From Cellulomonadaceae bacterium (lineage in GTDB: Bacteria; Actinomycetota; Actinomycetes; Actinomycetales; Cellulomonadaceae): a stretch of DNA of 64,000 nt. Of the stretch, positions 54,501-63,530 are shown piece after piece. The stretch is from contig JAVBNE010000006.1 of assembly GCA_031551755.1 (NCBI GenBank), forward strand, positions 56,737 to 120,736. Reading direction: 5' to 3'. Made by a program: the position numbers and the translations under genes. The notes under the pieces were generated by a model that worked only from the letters and a program-made list of their open reading frames with translations, searched no databases and was not told where the DNA came from. Positions within the stretch are counted from its first letter, which is position 1. Every line of letters begins with the position of its first letter.

Positions 54501-56340
54501 GGACACTTGGGATCTACTCCACCGGGTCGGTCCGCTGCCAATCGCGGAGATCGAACGCCGGATGCGACCGGAGGATCGGACCTCGGCCGAGGCATGGCTC
54601 GCGGAACTCGAGTCGGCACGGCGGGTCATCCCCGTGCGCCTCGCCGGGGTAGCCGAAGAGTCAACCGCGCAGTGGGCCGTGATCGAGGACGCCGGGCGAT
54701 TGCGGGATGCTCTCGGCGTCGCCCTCCCGGTCGGGATTCCCGAAACCTTCACCGAAGTGGTGCCCGATCCCTTGAGCGACCTCCTGCGGCGGCACGCCCG
54801 CACGCACGGACCGTTCACCACCCGGGACGCGGCCGAACGCTTCGGCGTCGGGGCCGCCATCGCCGCCCAAGGCCTGGCCGGACTCGAGCGCCGTGGTCTA
54901 TTGATCCGCGGCAGGCTGCGCCCCGAGGCCATCGGAGGCCTTGGGGACGACTGGTGTGACCCCGATGTGCTGCGGGTGCTTCGCCGCCGCTCCTTGGCCG
55001 CGTTGCGCGCTGAGGTCGAGCCAGTGCCGGCCGCGGCCCTCGGCGTTTTTCTCCCACGTTGGCACAGCATCGGGACCCTTCGCGGTCACGATGGCGTCCT
55101 GCGCGCCGTCGAACAACTGGCCGGGGCGGCCCTACCGGCCTCCGCTTGGGAGACGCTCATCCTCCCCACCCGTGTGATCGACTACGCACCCCGAATGCTC
55201 GACGAACTCACCACCTCGGGACAGGTGCTGTGGTGCGGGCATTCTGCCTTACCGCCGGGCGGTGACGGCCTGATCAGCCTGCATCTCGCCGAGTGGGCAC
55301 ATTTGACTCTGCCCGACGAGCAGCCGGTTCCTGAGGGACTGGCCGCCGCCGTCCACACGGCACTGGCCGGATCGGGCGGACGGTTCCTCGGCGACATCGC
55401 CGACCTGGTCGAGGCTCCCTCGCGCGAGGTCCTCGACGCATTGTGGGAACTCGTCTGGGCGGGCCATGTCACCAATGACGGTCTGGGTGCCTTGCGGGCG
55501 CGGCTCTCCGGGGGCGCGCACCGAGCGCCCAAGCCTGCGGCTCACGCGCGACCGTTGCGCCCATCCCGTTTCGCCGGCCTGGGCACCGGGGCTGGCCTGA
55601 GCACGCACGCTCCCCGCGACGCCCTCATCGGCGGCGCCGGACGCTGGTCCTTGGTCGGCGACCGGGAACCGGACCCGACCCGGCGGATCGCCGCGCTGAC
55701 CCGCGTCCTGCTCGACCGCCATGGTGTGCTGACCCGCGCGGCAGCGCCCTCGGAGGGCGCCGCCGGGGCTTTCCGCGGTATCTACCGGGTTCTCGCGGAA
55801 CTCGAGTCGCAGGGAACCATCCGTCGCGGCTACTTCGTCGAGCATCTGGGCGGCTCGCAGTTCGCCCTCCCGGGTGCGGTCGATCAGCTGCGCACCGACG
55901 CCCAGGATCGCGAACACGGCACCACGGCGCTCCTGCTCGCGGCAACCGATCCGGCGAACCCGTACGGGGCCGCTCTCCCCTGGCCGGCCGTCACCACGCC
56001 GCAGTCGGGGCCGGCCACCGGGGACGAACCGCGCCGAGGGCACCGTGCCGGGCGCAAGGCCGGGGCCGTCGTCGTGCTGCTCAGAGGAGAGCTCGCCCTC
56101 TACCTGGAACGTGGTGCACGCACGCTGCTGACCTACGTGACCGAGGATGCACTGACCATCGCCTGCGCAAGCCTGGCCGAGGCCGCGCGGGGCGGTGCGC
56201 TCGGCAAGGTCGTCGTCCACCGGATCGATGGCCTGCCCGCACTCGCGGGGGCAGGGAGCACCGGAACCCGCGCCCAGGGACCGGTCGCGGCACTGCTCGC
56301 GGCAGGATTCCGGCCGACTCCACGCGGCTTGCGGATCTGA
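51514..56340 (+). CDS. lhr: large ATP-dependent helicase Lhr
   Basis: 1608 aa. It has a DEAD/DEAH core (VVAPTGSGKTLAAF, VIVDEIHAL, helicase-C motifs) and the long Lhr-specific C-terminal extension. It is followed by nei, as in mycobacteria. Confidence 0.9.
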   Translation: MARDTRPPDAALGRFSAPTRAWFTGAFESPTAAQAGTWEAAAADKHALVVAPTGSGKTLAAFLWALDRIMSAPPAETADRCRVVYISPLKALAADVERNLRSPLTGIRQAATRLSQPVPDVEVGTRTGDTPAAERRRFATRPQDILITTPESLFLILTSAARAGLAGVETVIVDEIHALAGTKRGAHLAVSLERLDTDLATLGRRPAQRIGLSATVRPPEEVATFLAGHRTAADGGRQVAIVQPETSKRITVDIVVPVPDLSDLTAVPHSGSEDASTADLPPLPEGAPDLSGSAGTLPSGDQPTTSSVWPHVESRIVDLVAEHRSTLVFTNSRRGAERLTARMNEVWATRQGADIPEPGTLTPAQVTAQSGAAVGLDPVIARAHHGSMSRLERNRTESALKEGRLPAVVATSSLELGIDMGAIDLVVQVGAPPSVASGLQRIGRAGHQVGAVSHGVVFPTHRGDLVPAAVIAERMRAGRIEELRVLHNPLDVLSQQIVAMVAMDTWTLDELAATLRRSAPFATLGDATLRAVLDMLAGRYPSEDFGELRARIVWNRTTDELTGRPGAMHLAVTSGGTIPDRGLYGVFLADGSTGTPNSRAPRGGKRVGELDEEMVYESRVGDTFTLGSSTWRIEDITPDRVLVSPAPGLPGRLPFWKGDSPGRPAELGRAIGRWVRNLDQGVARDPAAARETLLTAGLDPWAADNVTAYVSEQRAATGRVPDDRTIVVERFRDELGDWRVVIHSPHGARVNAPWALVIAARLRERYGVDAATLHADDGIVVRLPDLGDSWAEAATAADTETPVSAEELLIDPGEVLEVVRRELGGSVMFAARFREAAARALLLPRRRPDRRSPLWQQRQRSAQLLAVAAQFPEFPIVLEAARECVQDDFDVAALTTLMTAIAAGQVHIVEVTTPTPSPFAQSLLFGYTASFLYDGDAPLAERRAAALSLDPTLLAEILGGDGAATQLADLLDPDAIERTEAELGGLSESRLLRHAEDTWDLLHRVGPLPIAEIERRMRPEDRTSAEAWLAELESARRVIPVRLAGVAEESTAQWAVIEDAGRLRDALGVALPVGIPETFTEVVPDPLSDLLRRHARTHGPFTTRDAAERFGVGAAIAAQGLAGLERRGLLIRGRLRPEAIGGLGDDWCDPDVLRVLRRRSLAALRAEVEPVPAAALGVFLPRWHSIGTLRGHDGVLRAVEQLAGAALPASAWETLILPTRVIDYAPRMLDELTTSGQVLWCGHSALPPGGDGLISLHLAEWAHLTLPDEQPVPEGLAAAVHTALAGSGGRFLGDIADLVEAPSREVLDALWELVWAGHVTNDGLGALRARLSGGAHRAPKPAAHARPLRPSRFAGLGTGAGLSTHAPRDALIGGAGRWSLVGDREPDPTRRIAALTRVLLDRHGVLTRAAAPSEGAAGAFRGIYRVLAELESQGTIRRGYFVEHLGGSQFALPGAVDQLRTDAQDREHGTTALLLAATDPANPYGAALPWPAVTTPQSGPATGDEPRRGHRAGRKAGAVVVLLRGELALYLERGARTLLTYVTEDALTIACASLAEAARGGALGKVVVHRIDGLPALAGAGSTGTRAQGPVAALLAAGFRPTPRGLRI

Positions 56341-56341
56341 G

Positions 56342-57189
56342 ATGCCCGAAGGTGACGTCCTCCGGCTCACCGCCGCTCGGCTCGATGCGGCCCTCACGGG
56401 CCAGCCGCTGACCCAGGCGGACCTGCGGTGGCCGGACCTGCCCGAGGTCGACCTGCTCGGCGCAGTCTCCACCGGGACGAGCGCCTACGGCAAGCACCTA
56501 CTCACGCGGTTCGACAACGGCTGGACGCTGCACACCCACCTCCGAATGGAGGGCGAGTGGTATCTCCTGCGGACCGGCGCGGCCGCGGGCCGGTCCCGCT
56601 GGGCCGATGTCCGGGCCGTGCTGGCCACCACGTGGTGGACCGCGATCGGCCACCGACTCGGGATGCTCGACCTACTGCGCAGCCGGGATGAGTCGAGGAT
56701 CATCGGGGCACTGGGGCCGGATATCCTGGCCGACGACTTCCTGGAGAACGGGCTGCCCGAGGCGATCGACCGCCTCCGCCGATGGCAGCCCCACCCGGTC
56801 GGCAGTTCGATGACGCTGACCTACCGGGCCCCCGGTGAGGCTCCGCTCTCCCGAGCACTCCTCGATCAGCACGGCGTCGCCGGTCTGGGCACAATCTGGG
56901 TCGCGGAATCGCTGTGGGCCGTCCGGCAATGGCCGTGGACGCCAGTCCGCGAGGCCGATCTGAATGCGATCCTGCGCAACGCTCGCACCCAGATGAAGCG
57001 ATCCGTTACGACGGCCCGGACGACCGCGGCAGGCAAGCGCATGGGCGCACACGAAAGGCGTGCCGTCGCTGCGGCACGCCCATCGCGGTTGGTCAGTCCA
57101 GCACGCCGCCCGGTGTCCTCCCGGACCCCAGTGAGACGCTGCTAGACCGGCCGGTGTTCTACTGCCCGACCTGTCAACGACCGCGGTAG
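56342..57189 (+). pseudogene. nei: Fpg/Nei-family DNA glycosylase (endonuclease VIII-like) with an apparent frameshift before the zinc finger
   Basis: The frame from ATG 56342 gives MPEGDVL... and the H2TH-like LLDQHGVAGLGTIWVAESLW, then stops at 57145 without a zinc finger. The overlapping frame (ORF 56914..57189) encodes HGRTRKACRRCGTPI...VFYCPTCQ. The switch lies at about 57000-57040. Confidence 0.7.
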
Positions 57190-57192
57190 CTA

Positions 57193-57528
57193 TCAGCCGA
57201 CGGGCTGGAGGTCCGAACGTCGGCGACCATCGTCGCCTCGGCCGAAAGCGGCCATCGCGAAGTCCACGGGAATCGTATCCGGGATGCTCAAGCCCTCGGC
57301 GACCGCCACCCGGTCGCTGACCTCACGCAGCACCAGCGACATCGGAACGTCCAATGCCTCGCAGATGGAGGCGAGCAACTCGGACGAGGCTTCCTTCTGC
57401 CCACGCTCGACCTCGCTCAGGTAACCGAGCGAAACCCGCGCCGCAGAGGACACCTCTCGCAGGGTACGCCCCTGCCGTTGCCGTGCGTCTCGCAGCACAT
57501 CCCCGATCTCTCTCCGGAGAACGATCAT
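57193..57528 (-). CDS. clgR: XRE-family transcriptional regulator ClgR
   Basis: [54 protein letters not shown] is near-identical in pattern to actinobacterial ClgR. The start is ATG 57528. The track ORF is over-extended. Confidence 0.85.
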   Translation of the reverse strand: MIVLRREIGDVLRDARQRQGRTLREVSSAARVSLGYLSEVERGQKEASSELLASICEALDVPMSLVLREVSDRVAVAEGLSIPDTIPVDFAMAAFGRGDDGRRRSDLQPVG

Positions 57529-57800
57529 CTGGCGACCCCCTTCCGTGTCCCGCGTGACTGCCGGTTCAATGACCGGTGAACGCCCACTCGTCTTGCCTCG
57601 TGCTCCCCTCGTGGGAGTCGCTCTACCGTACCCCGCGCCTGGCCCGCTCACGCCAGCGGGGCGAGCGATGCCGGGACGATTCAGAGGTCTGTTACCGATC
57701 ACGTCGTGTGCAACGCCTGGTCGCCAAAGGTTGTTCCCATCTGGGGTCGAACCGAAACGTTTCACCCAGCAACGGTGTGATTCCGGTACCCCGGATCCTG

Positions 57801-58298
57801 TCAGGGCTCCACCAACATCGAGCGCGCCAACTCCAGCACCGCTGTCGCCGAGGCCCATCGGATCGCGCCGCGGCCGCCCGCGAACCGGCGTTCCGACACG
57901 TGCGACGCGGTTGGCGTGACGGCTGCGACAAAGACCACTCCGGGTTCGTGTCCGTCGGCAGCGTTCGGACCAGCCACCCCGGTCGTCGCCAGCCCCACAT
58001 CGGTCCGCAGCATCCGCCGCACCCCAGCGGCCATCGCGAGGGCCACTTCGCCATCCACGGCGCCACGCTCAGCCAACAGATCGCCGTCCACGCCCAACAA
58101 GGTCGCCTTGAGGTCGGTCGCATAGGCGACGATCGCGCCGCGCACCACCGCCGAAGCACCGGGCACCTCAATCAACATCGCCGCAACCAGCCCGCCGGTC
58201 AGGGACTCGGCCGTCGCGAGCGTCCAGTGGCGGGCAGCGCAACCGTCGAGCACACCGACGGCATCGGCGGTGGTGGCACTCACCGGATGTTCGCTCAC
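57801..58298 (-). CDS. CinA-family protein (nicotinamide-nucleotide amidohydrolase PncC domain)
   Basis: 165 aa. [17 protein letters not shown]...GAIVAYA...[10 protein letters not shown]. Confidence 0.8.
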   Translation of the reverse strand: MSEHPVSATTADAVGVLDGCAARHWTLATAESLTGGLVAAMLIEVPGASAVVRGAIVAYATDLKATLLGVDGDLLAERGAVDGEVALAMAAGVRRMLRTDVGLATTGVAGPNAADGHEPGVVFVAAVTPTASHVSERRFAGGRGAIRWASATAVLELARSMLVEP

Positions 58299-58882
58299 GC
58301 CTCGACCTTGCGAGCCGCGGCACGTAACCGGATGGCCTGGTAGACGTACTCAATGCCCGTCACGATCGTGACCACGATGGCAGCGCTCAGAATCACCCAT
58401 GCCAGCACCTCGATCCACGCGGGCAGGTGGGCTAGCGGCAGCAGGAAGAGGCCGATCGCGATGGACTGTAGGACGGTCTTGAGCTTGCCGCCGCGCGAGG
58501 CCGGCATCACCGCGTACTTGAGCACGAAGAACCGCATCACGGTGATGCCCAGTTCCCGCACCAGGATGACCACCGGTACCCACCAGGGCAGCTCACCCAG
58601 CGGCCAGGCCAACAGGATCAGCGCGGCGCCGATGAGCAGCTTGTCGGCGATCGGATCGATGAGTTTGCCGAGGTCAGTCACCAATCCATAACGCCGTGCG
58701 AGGTACCCGTCGAGCCGATCGGAAGACGCCGCGACCACGAAGAGTCCCGTGGCGATCAACCGCCAGCCGACAGAGTCGCCACCGTCCATCAGGAGGGCCC
58801 AGGCGAAGAACGGAACCAGCAGGATGCGCAGTGCCGTCACGGCATTGGCGGTATTCCACGGAGAGGGGACGACGGTGACCAC
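58295..58882 (-). CDS. pgsA: CDP-diacylglycerol--glycerol-3-phosphate 3-phosphatidyltransferase
   Basis: CDP-alcohol phosphatidyltransferase motif DRLDGYLARRYGLVTDLGKLIDPIADK. Multi-TM, 195 aa. Confidence 0.88.
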   Translation of the reverse strand: MVTVVPSPWNTANAVTALRILLVPFFAWALLMDGGDSVGWRLIATGLFVVAASSDRLDGYLARRYGLVTDLGKLIDPIADKLLIGAALILLAWPLGELPWWVPVVILVRELGITVMRFFVLKYAVMPASRGGKLKTVLQSIAIGLFLLPLAHLPAWIEVLAWVILSAAIVVTIVTGIEYVYQAIRLRAAARKVEA

Positions 58883-58929
58883 GGACCCAAGCCTATGCGC
58901 ACCCGGATGCGCTTCCGCGCCTCACGACG

Positions 58930-61779
58930 TCATCTCCAACCGTCTTCGCCCTCATCGGCACCATCGTGGTAGTCCTTCACCGCGGGTGGAAGGTGTCCAT
59001 CTGCTCCTGTCGCGTAGTCACGACCAGTAGATTCGGGTCCGTCAGCTGCCGACATCGGTGACTGCCCAGGCCCTGCGCCGATGCTACCCGCGGCCTCGGT
59101 CGACGGCTCAGCGGGCGTCTCACCACGGATCAGCGCGAGGGCACTCGGCAACTCTTCGGCCGCCACCAGCACCTCGCGCGCCTTGGATCCTTCGGAGGGT
59201 CCGACAATCTCCCGGGATTCCAGCAGGTCCATCAACCTGCCCGCCTTCGCGAAACCGACCCGGAGCTTTCGCTGCAGCATGGACGTCGACCCGAACTGGG
59301 ACGTGACCACGAGTTCCGCCGCCTGCAGCAACAGGTCGAGATCGTCGCCGATGTCGTCGTCGATCTGCCGTTTGGCGGAGGCCGCGGCTGTCACGTCTTC
59401 GCGGTAGGTGGGCTTGAGTTGCTTCTTGACGTGCTCGACGACCTCGTGGACTTCGCTTTCGGTGACCCAGGCACCCTGGACCCGCATCGGCTTGGCCGCG
59501 CCCATCGGCAGGAAGAGCGCGTCGCCCTGCCCGATGAGCTTCTCGGCCCCGGCCTGATCCAGGACGACCCGGGAGTCGGCCAAGGAAGAGGTCGCGAAGG
59601 CCAGCCGCGAGGGCACATTGGCCTTGATGAGCCCGGTCACGACATCGACCGACGGACGCTGCGTCGCCAGGACCAAGTGGATCCCGGCGGCCCGCGCGAG
59701 CTGGGTGATCCGCTGGATCGATGCCTCCACGTCGCGAGGGGCCACCATCATGAGGTCGGCCAGCTCGTCCACCACCACCAGGAGGTAGGGGTAGGTCGCG
59801 ATCTTGCGCTCCGAACCCGGCAGGGGCTTGACCTTGCCGGCGCGAACGGCGGCGTTGAAATCGTCGATGTGTTTGTACCCGAAGGCGGCGAGGTCGTCGT
59901 AGCGGGCGTCCATCTCCCGCACGACCCACTCCAGCGCCTCGGCCGCCTTCTTCGGGCTGGTGATGATCGGGGTAATCAGGTGGGGAATGCCCTCATAGAT
60001 CGTCAGCTCAACCCGTTTGGGGTCGACCAGCACGAGTCGCACCTGATCCGGGGTGGCCCGCATGAGGATCGAGGTGATCATCGCGTTGATGAACGCCGAC
60101 TTACCGGCACCGGTCGCCCCCGCCACCAGGATGTGCGGCATCTTGGCCAGGTTGGCGACCACATAGCCGCCCTCGACGTCCTTACCCACACCCATCACCA
60201 TCGGATGTTCGGTGCGCCGGGCGGCCGAGGACCGCAGGACATCGCCGAGGACGACCGTCTCCCGGTCGGTGTTCGGAATCTCGATGCCGATCGCGGACTT
60301 GCCCGGGATCGGGGCAAGGATGCGCACATCGGCGCTCGCCACGGCGTAGGCGATGTTGTTCGACAGGGAGGTGATCCGCTCGACCTTGACCTTGGGGCCG
60401 ACCTCGACCTCATATCGGGTCACAGTCGGGCCCCGAGTGAAGCCGGTGACCTTGGCGTCCACCTCGAACTGGTCGAAGGTCACCGTGAGCGCTTCGACCA
60501 CCCGATCGTTGGCGGCGGAACGCACCTTGTGCGGAGCGCCCTTGACCAGCTTGTCCTCTTCGGGAAGCAGGTAGACGGTGTCGCCCTCGAGCATCGGCTG
60601 GACACCTCGCGGGACCGGTGAGGTCTCGGGCGGCAGCACCTCCGTGACCGGTTCGGCCGGTACCACCATCGAGGGCGCGGGTGCACTCGATGCCGCAACT
60701 GGTGGGACCTCGGTCGCGTCTTCGCCACCCCGCTCGCGCCCCGAGGCACGTTCTGACCGCGCCTTGGCGGTGCGCTGCTCACGCTCCAGCTCCGCCGCCG
60801 ACAGGAATGCCTCGTCGCCCGCGTAACCGGCCAGCCGCTTATCGTCCTCGGCGTGATCGGAGATGGTGCGCCGAGGCGCCCGGATGGACCGTGCATGCTT
60901 GCGCCGACTGGAGCGCTTGCCGCCGTCGGAACCGTCATGGCGCGAGACCCCGTCGGCCAACGGCAGCCCGTCCCCGTCTTCCGACTGCGCATCAGGCCGG
61001 ACATTGCCGGTGAGTCGGTCGTAACCCGCCTGCAACCTGCTCGGAATGGCGTGCACCGGGGTGGCGGTCACCACCAGGATGCCGAAGAAACCCAAGAGCA
61101 GGAAGATCGGCACCGCCAACCACTCGGTGATGCCGGCGACCAGCGGCGTCCCGGATGCGTAGCCGATGATCCCGCCCGCATCCTGGACCGCGGCGAAACC
61201 CTCACGGGACGGCGAGGGCAGGTCTTCCGCGATGTGGATGAGTGCGCAAGTGGCGACGGTGATCATCGACAGGCCGATGACGATCCGGCCATTGGCCTGC
61301 GGACGATCCGGGCGACGCATGATTCGAAGGGCGATCCACAGCAACAACGCTGGGAAGGCGACAGCCGCGACACCGAACACCCCGGCCACCGCCGCATGCA
61401 CGGCAGTGCCGAAGGGACCGCCGGCGCCGGCCCACTCCCGAGCTGCGACGACAGCGGCCAGTGCCAACAGGAGGAAGGCGACGCCATCGCGCCGATGTGC
61501 GGGGTCCAGGTCTTTTGCTCCATTTCCGATCGCGCGGACGAGTCCGCCCAAAGCATGGGCGATCCCTAGCCAGACGGCGCGCAGCGCCCGGATCGGCCAA
61601 GATGGACCCGTGCGCCGGGGAGCGGGCTTCCGTGCCGGGGTCGCTCGCTTCGCCGTGGAGGTCTTGGTCGCGCCGGAGCGCGCCGATCCGCGGGCCGCAG
61701 GGGCTCCGCTGCGCGCCCGAGGCGCGGGATTGCGGTTGCCTGAGGCCCGGGGTTCCTTGGACGGGGTTCGGGTCGCCAT
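58930..61779 (-). CDS. ftsK: DNA translocase FtsK
   Basis: N-terminal TM domain, a Pro/Ala-rich linker, a motor domain (GATGAGKSAFINAMI, LLVVVDELADLMM) and a gamma winged-helix C-terminus. The start is chosen at ATG 61779 (MATRTPSKE). The track ORF starts at 61869. Confidence 0.92.
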   Translation of the reverse strand: MATRTPSKEPRASGNRNPAPRARSGAPAARGSARSGATKTSTAKRATPARKPAPRRTGPSWPIRALRAVWLGIAHALGGLVRAIGNGAKDLDPAHRRDGVAFLLLALAAVVAAREWAGAGGPFGTAVHAAVAGVFGVAAVAFPALLLWIALRIMRRPDRPQANGRIVIGLSMITVATCALIHIAEDLPSPSREGFAAVQDAGGIIGYASGTPLVAGITEWLAVPIFLLLGFFGILVVTATPVHAIPSRLQAGYDRLTGNVRPDAQSEDGDGLPLADGVSRHDGSDGGKRSSRRKHARSIRAPRRTISDHAEDDKRLAGYAGDEAFLSAAELEREQRTAKARSERASGRERGGEDATEVPPVAASSAPAPSMVVPAEPVTEVLPPETSPVPRGVQPMLEGDTVYLLPEEDKLVKGAPHKVRSAANDRVVEALTVTFDQFEVDAKVTGFTRGPTVTRYEVEVGPKVKVERITSLSNNIAYAVASADVRILAPIPGKSAIGIEIPNTDRETVVLGDVLRSSAARRTEHPMVMGVGKDVEGGYVVANLAKMPHILVAGATGAGKSAFINAMITSILMRATPDQVRLVLVDPKRVELTIYEGIPHLITPIITSPKKAAEALEWVVREMDARYDDLAAFGYKHIDDFNAAVRAGKVKPLPGSERKIATYPYLLVVVDELADLMMVAPRDVEASIQRITQLARAAGIHLVLATQRPSVDVVTGLIKANVPSRLAFATSSLADSRVVLDQAGAEKLIGQGDALFLPMGAAKPMRVQGAWVTESEVHEVVEHVKKQLKPTYREDVTAAASAKRQIDDDIGDDLDLLLQAAELVVTSQFGSTSMLQRKLRVGFAKAGRLMDLLESREIVGPSEGSKAREVLVAAEELPSALALIRGETPAEPSTEAAGSIGAGPGQSPMSAADGPESTGRDYATGADGHLPPAVKDYHDGADEGEDGWR

Positions 61780-61893
61780 AACCTCACCAACGTACCCGTC
61801 GGCCACGACACGTACCCGAAGGCACGGCGACAACGGAAGATTTCGGCAAGAGTGTCCCCCGGACCGCACGAACTCCGATGAAAGGCAAGCGAC

Positions 61894-62721
61894 GTGGAAG
61901 CAGCCGTGCCCGGCGGGTCGAGGCTCGTCGAGGTCGCGCCCCGGATCTGGGTGGCCACCAGCCCCATCTGGCTGACGAACTCGACCGTGATCGTCGCCGA
62001 CGATGGTCGCGCCCTCGTCGTCGACCCCGGGGTCACCGTGGCGGAGGTCGACTCACTGGCGAGCGAGATCACCGCCCGGGGATGGCGAGTGACCACCGGG
62101 TTCAGCACTCATCCCCACTGGGATCACGCGCTCTGGTCACGATCACTGGGCTCGGTCCCGCGCTGGGCGACGGCCTCTGGAGTGACCGAACTACGGCACA
62201 AGGTCGGCCACGCACAGGCGGAGGCAGATAAGTACGCTCCCGGGCATGACTTTGCCGCGTTGGTCGACCTTGCGCCGCTGCCGGCCAACTCAACTTCGAT
62301 CCCCTGGGCGGGCTCACCCGCCTATGTGATCGAACACCGCGGTCACGCTCCCGGACATGCGGCGCTCATCGTCGACGATGTCCTGCTCGCTGGTGACATG
62401 CTCTCCGATATCGAGGTGCCACTCGTCGATACGGATGCCGAAGACCCGCTGGAGGACTACGGACAAGCCCTCGACCTGATCGAACGGGCGGTCGCCGCCC
62501 ACTCAGTCCGGGTACTGGTGCCCGGCCACGGACGGCCCCTGACGGGAACTCAGGCGATTGCGGCCCGGTTCGTCCAGGACCGCGAGTACCTCGACTCCCT
62601 CGACTGCCTGGTGGCAGCGCCCCGGTGGACGCCGCCACCGGCGACTGTCGATCCCCGCGCGGTCGACCATGTGGCCGATTGGCACACGGAGCAGCTCGGG
62701 GCACTGCGCGCTCGTCGTTGA
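61894..62721 (+). CDS. MBL-fold metallo-hydrolase
   Basis: 275 aa with the HPHWDH (HxHxDH) motif and downstream His/Asp ligand positions (GHAPGH, LVPGHG). Confidence 0.7.
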   Translation: MEAAVPGGSRLVEVAPRIWVATSPIWLTNSTVIVADDGRALVVDPGVTVAEVDSLASEITARGWRVTTGFSTHPHWDHALWSRSLGSVPRWATASGVTELRHKVGHAQAEADKYAPGHDFAALVDLAPLPANSTSIPWAGSPAYVIEHRGHAPGHAALIVDDVLLAGDMLSDIEVPLVDTDAEDPLEDYGQALDLIERAVAAHSVRVLVPGHGRPLTGTQAIAARFVQDREYLDSLDCLVAAPRWTPPPATVDPRAVDHVADWHTEQLGALRARR

Positions 62722-62727
62722 CGACCG

Positions 62728-63438
62728 TCAGCCCAGCAACGAGGACACCAGCCCACCGCCCGATGAGCCTGAGCCAGACGCGTCCATCGGGTAGCCCTCT
62801 GAGGGCTGAACCACCACGAAGCCCGGGCCGTGGAAGGCGTACTGGAAGGCTTCACCGCTGCCCCCGCGCAGCATCGAACGGACATTCATGCTGTTCACCA
62901 GGCTTGGGGTCAGGTTGGCCGACCAGCAGACAGCGGCATTGGGGTCGACGAAGGTGGGTTGCTGAGAACAGTCCAGGATCATGGGCTGACCGTCCGAAGA
63001 CAAGGCCGCGACACCATGGCCTTGAACGACCGTGTTGAACAGCCCGGAACTGACCGCCGAGGTCCCTTTAGTGCGGACGATGTCCCAGCTCAACGACGAA
63101 TCGAAAGCCAGCAGGGAGTAGGAACCAATCGAAATCGCGTCGCCCTCCAGCTGAATGAGGAAAACGTTGGAGGCCGCACGGGCAAAGAAAACCTCACCCT
63201 GGCCGGAGACCCGCATCAGGGGCTGGTCCTCACTTGTCACCACCCGCTTGACGAGCTTCTTCATGCCGCCCGCGCCTTCGTGGTGGAACTGGACCTGGCC
63301 CTGGTAAGCGACCATGGCACCCTTGGCGGCAATGACGTCCGGCCCGAGGGTGACTTTGAGCATCTTCGTACTCTGGAGCGCCATCCTCTCGGCGGTTTCG
63401 ATCTCGGCGTTCTCCTGGCTGAAAAGGTTACTTCGCAT
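62728..63438 (-). CDS. AIM24 (DUF124) family protein
   Basis: 236 aa. It shows the beta-rich AIM24-like pattern (VIAAKGAMVAYQG..., VSGQGEVFFA..., LLAFDSSLSWDI...). The assignment is from pattern memory only. Confidence 0.6.
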   Translation of the reverse strand: MRSNLFSQENAEIETAERMALQSTKMLKVTLGPDVIAAKGAMVAYQGQVQFHHEGAGGMKKLVKRVVTSEDQPLMRVSGQGEVFFARAASNVFLIQLEGDAISIGSYSLLAFDSSLSWDIVRTKGTSAVSSGLFNTVVQGHGVAALSSDGQPMILDCSQQPTFVDPNAAVCWSANLTPSLVNSMNVRSMLRGGSGEAFQYAFHGPGFVVVQPSEGYPMDASGSGSSGGGLVSSLLG

Positions 63439-63530
63439 CCGCCAATTATCACGGTGACGAAACGGTGCCCTGAGCCAGATTCACTGTGATTTTCGGAACG
63501 CCCCGGCCTTTAGGACGCATGACCGGCGGC

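Noticed and set aside
57529-57858. N-terminal extension of the clgR ORF (221 aa in the track)
   Set aside because: ClgR-type regulators are about 100-120 aa. The extension is Gly/Pro/Arg-rich, and ATG 57528 is preceded by a purine-rich RBS.
59419-60621. 400-aa plus-strand ORF
   Set aside because: It is antisense to the FtsK motor domain and has no motifs.
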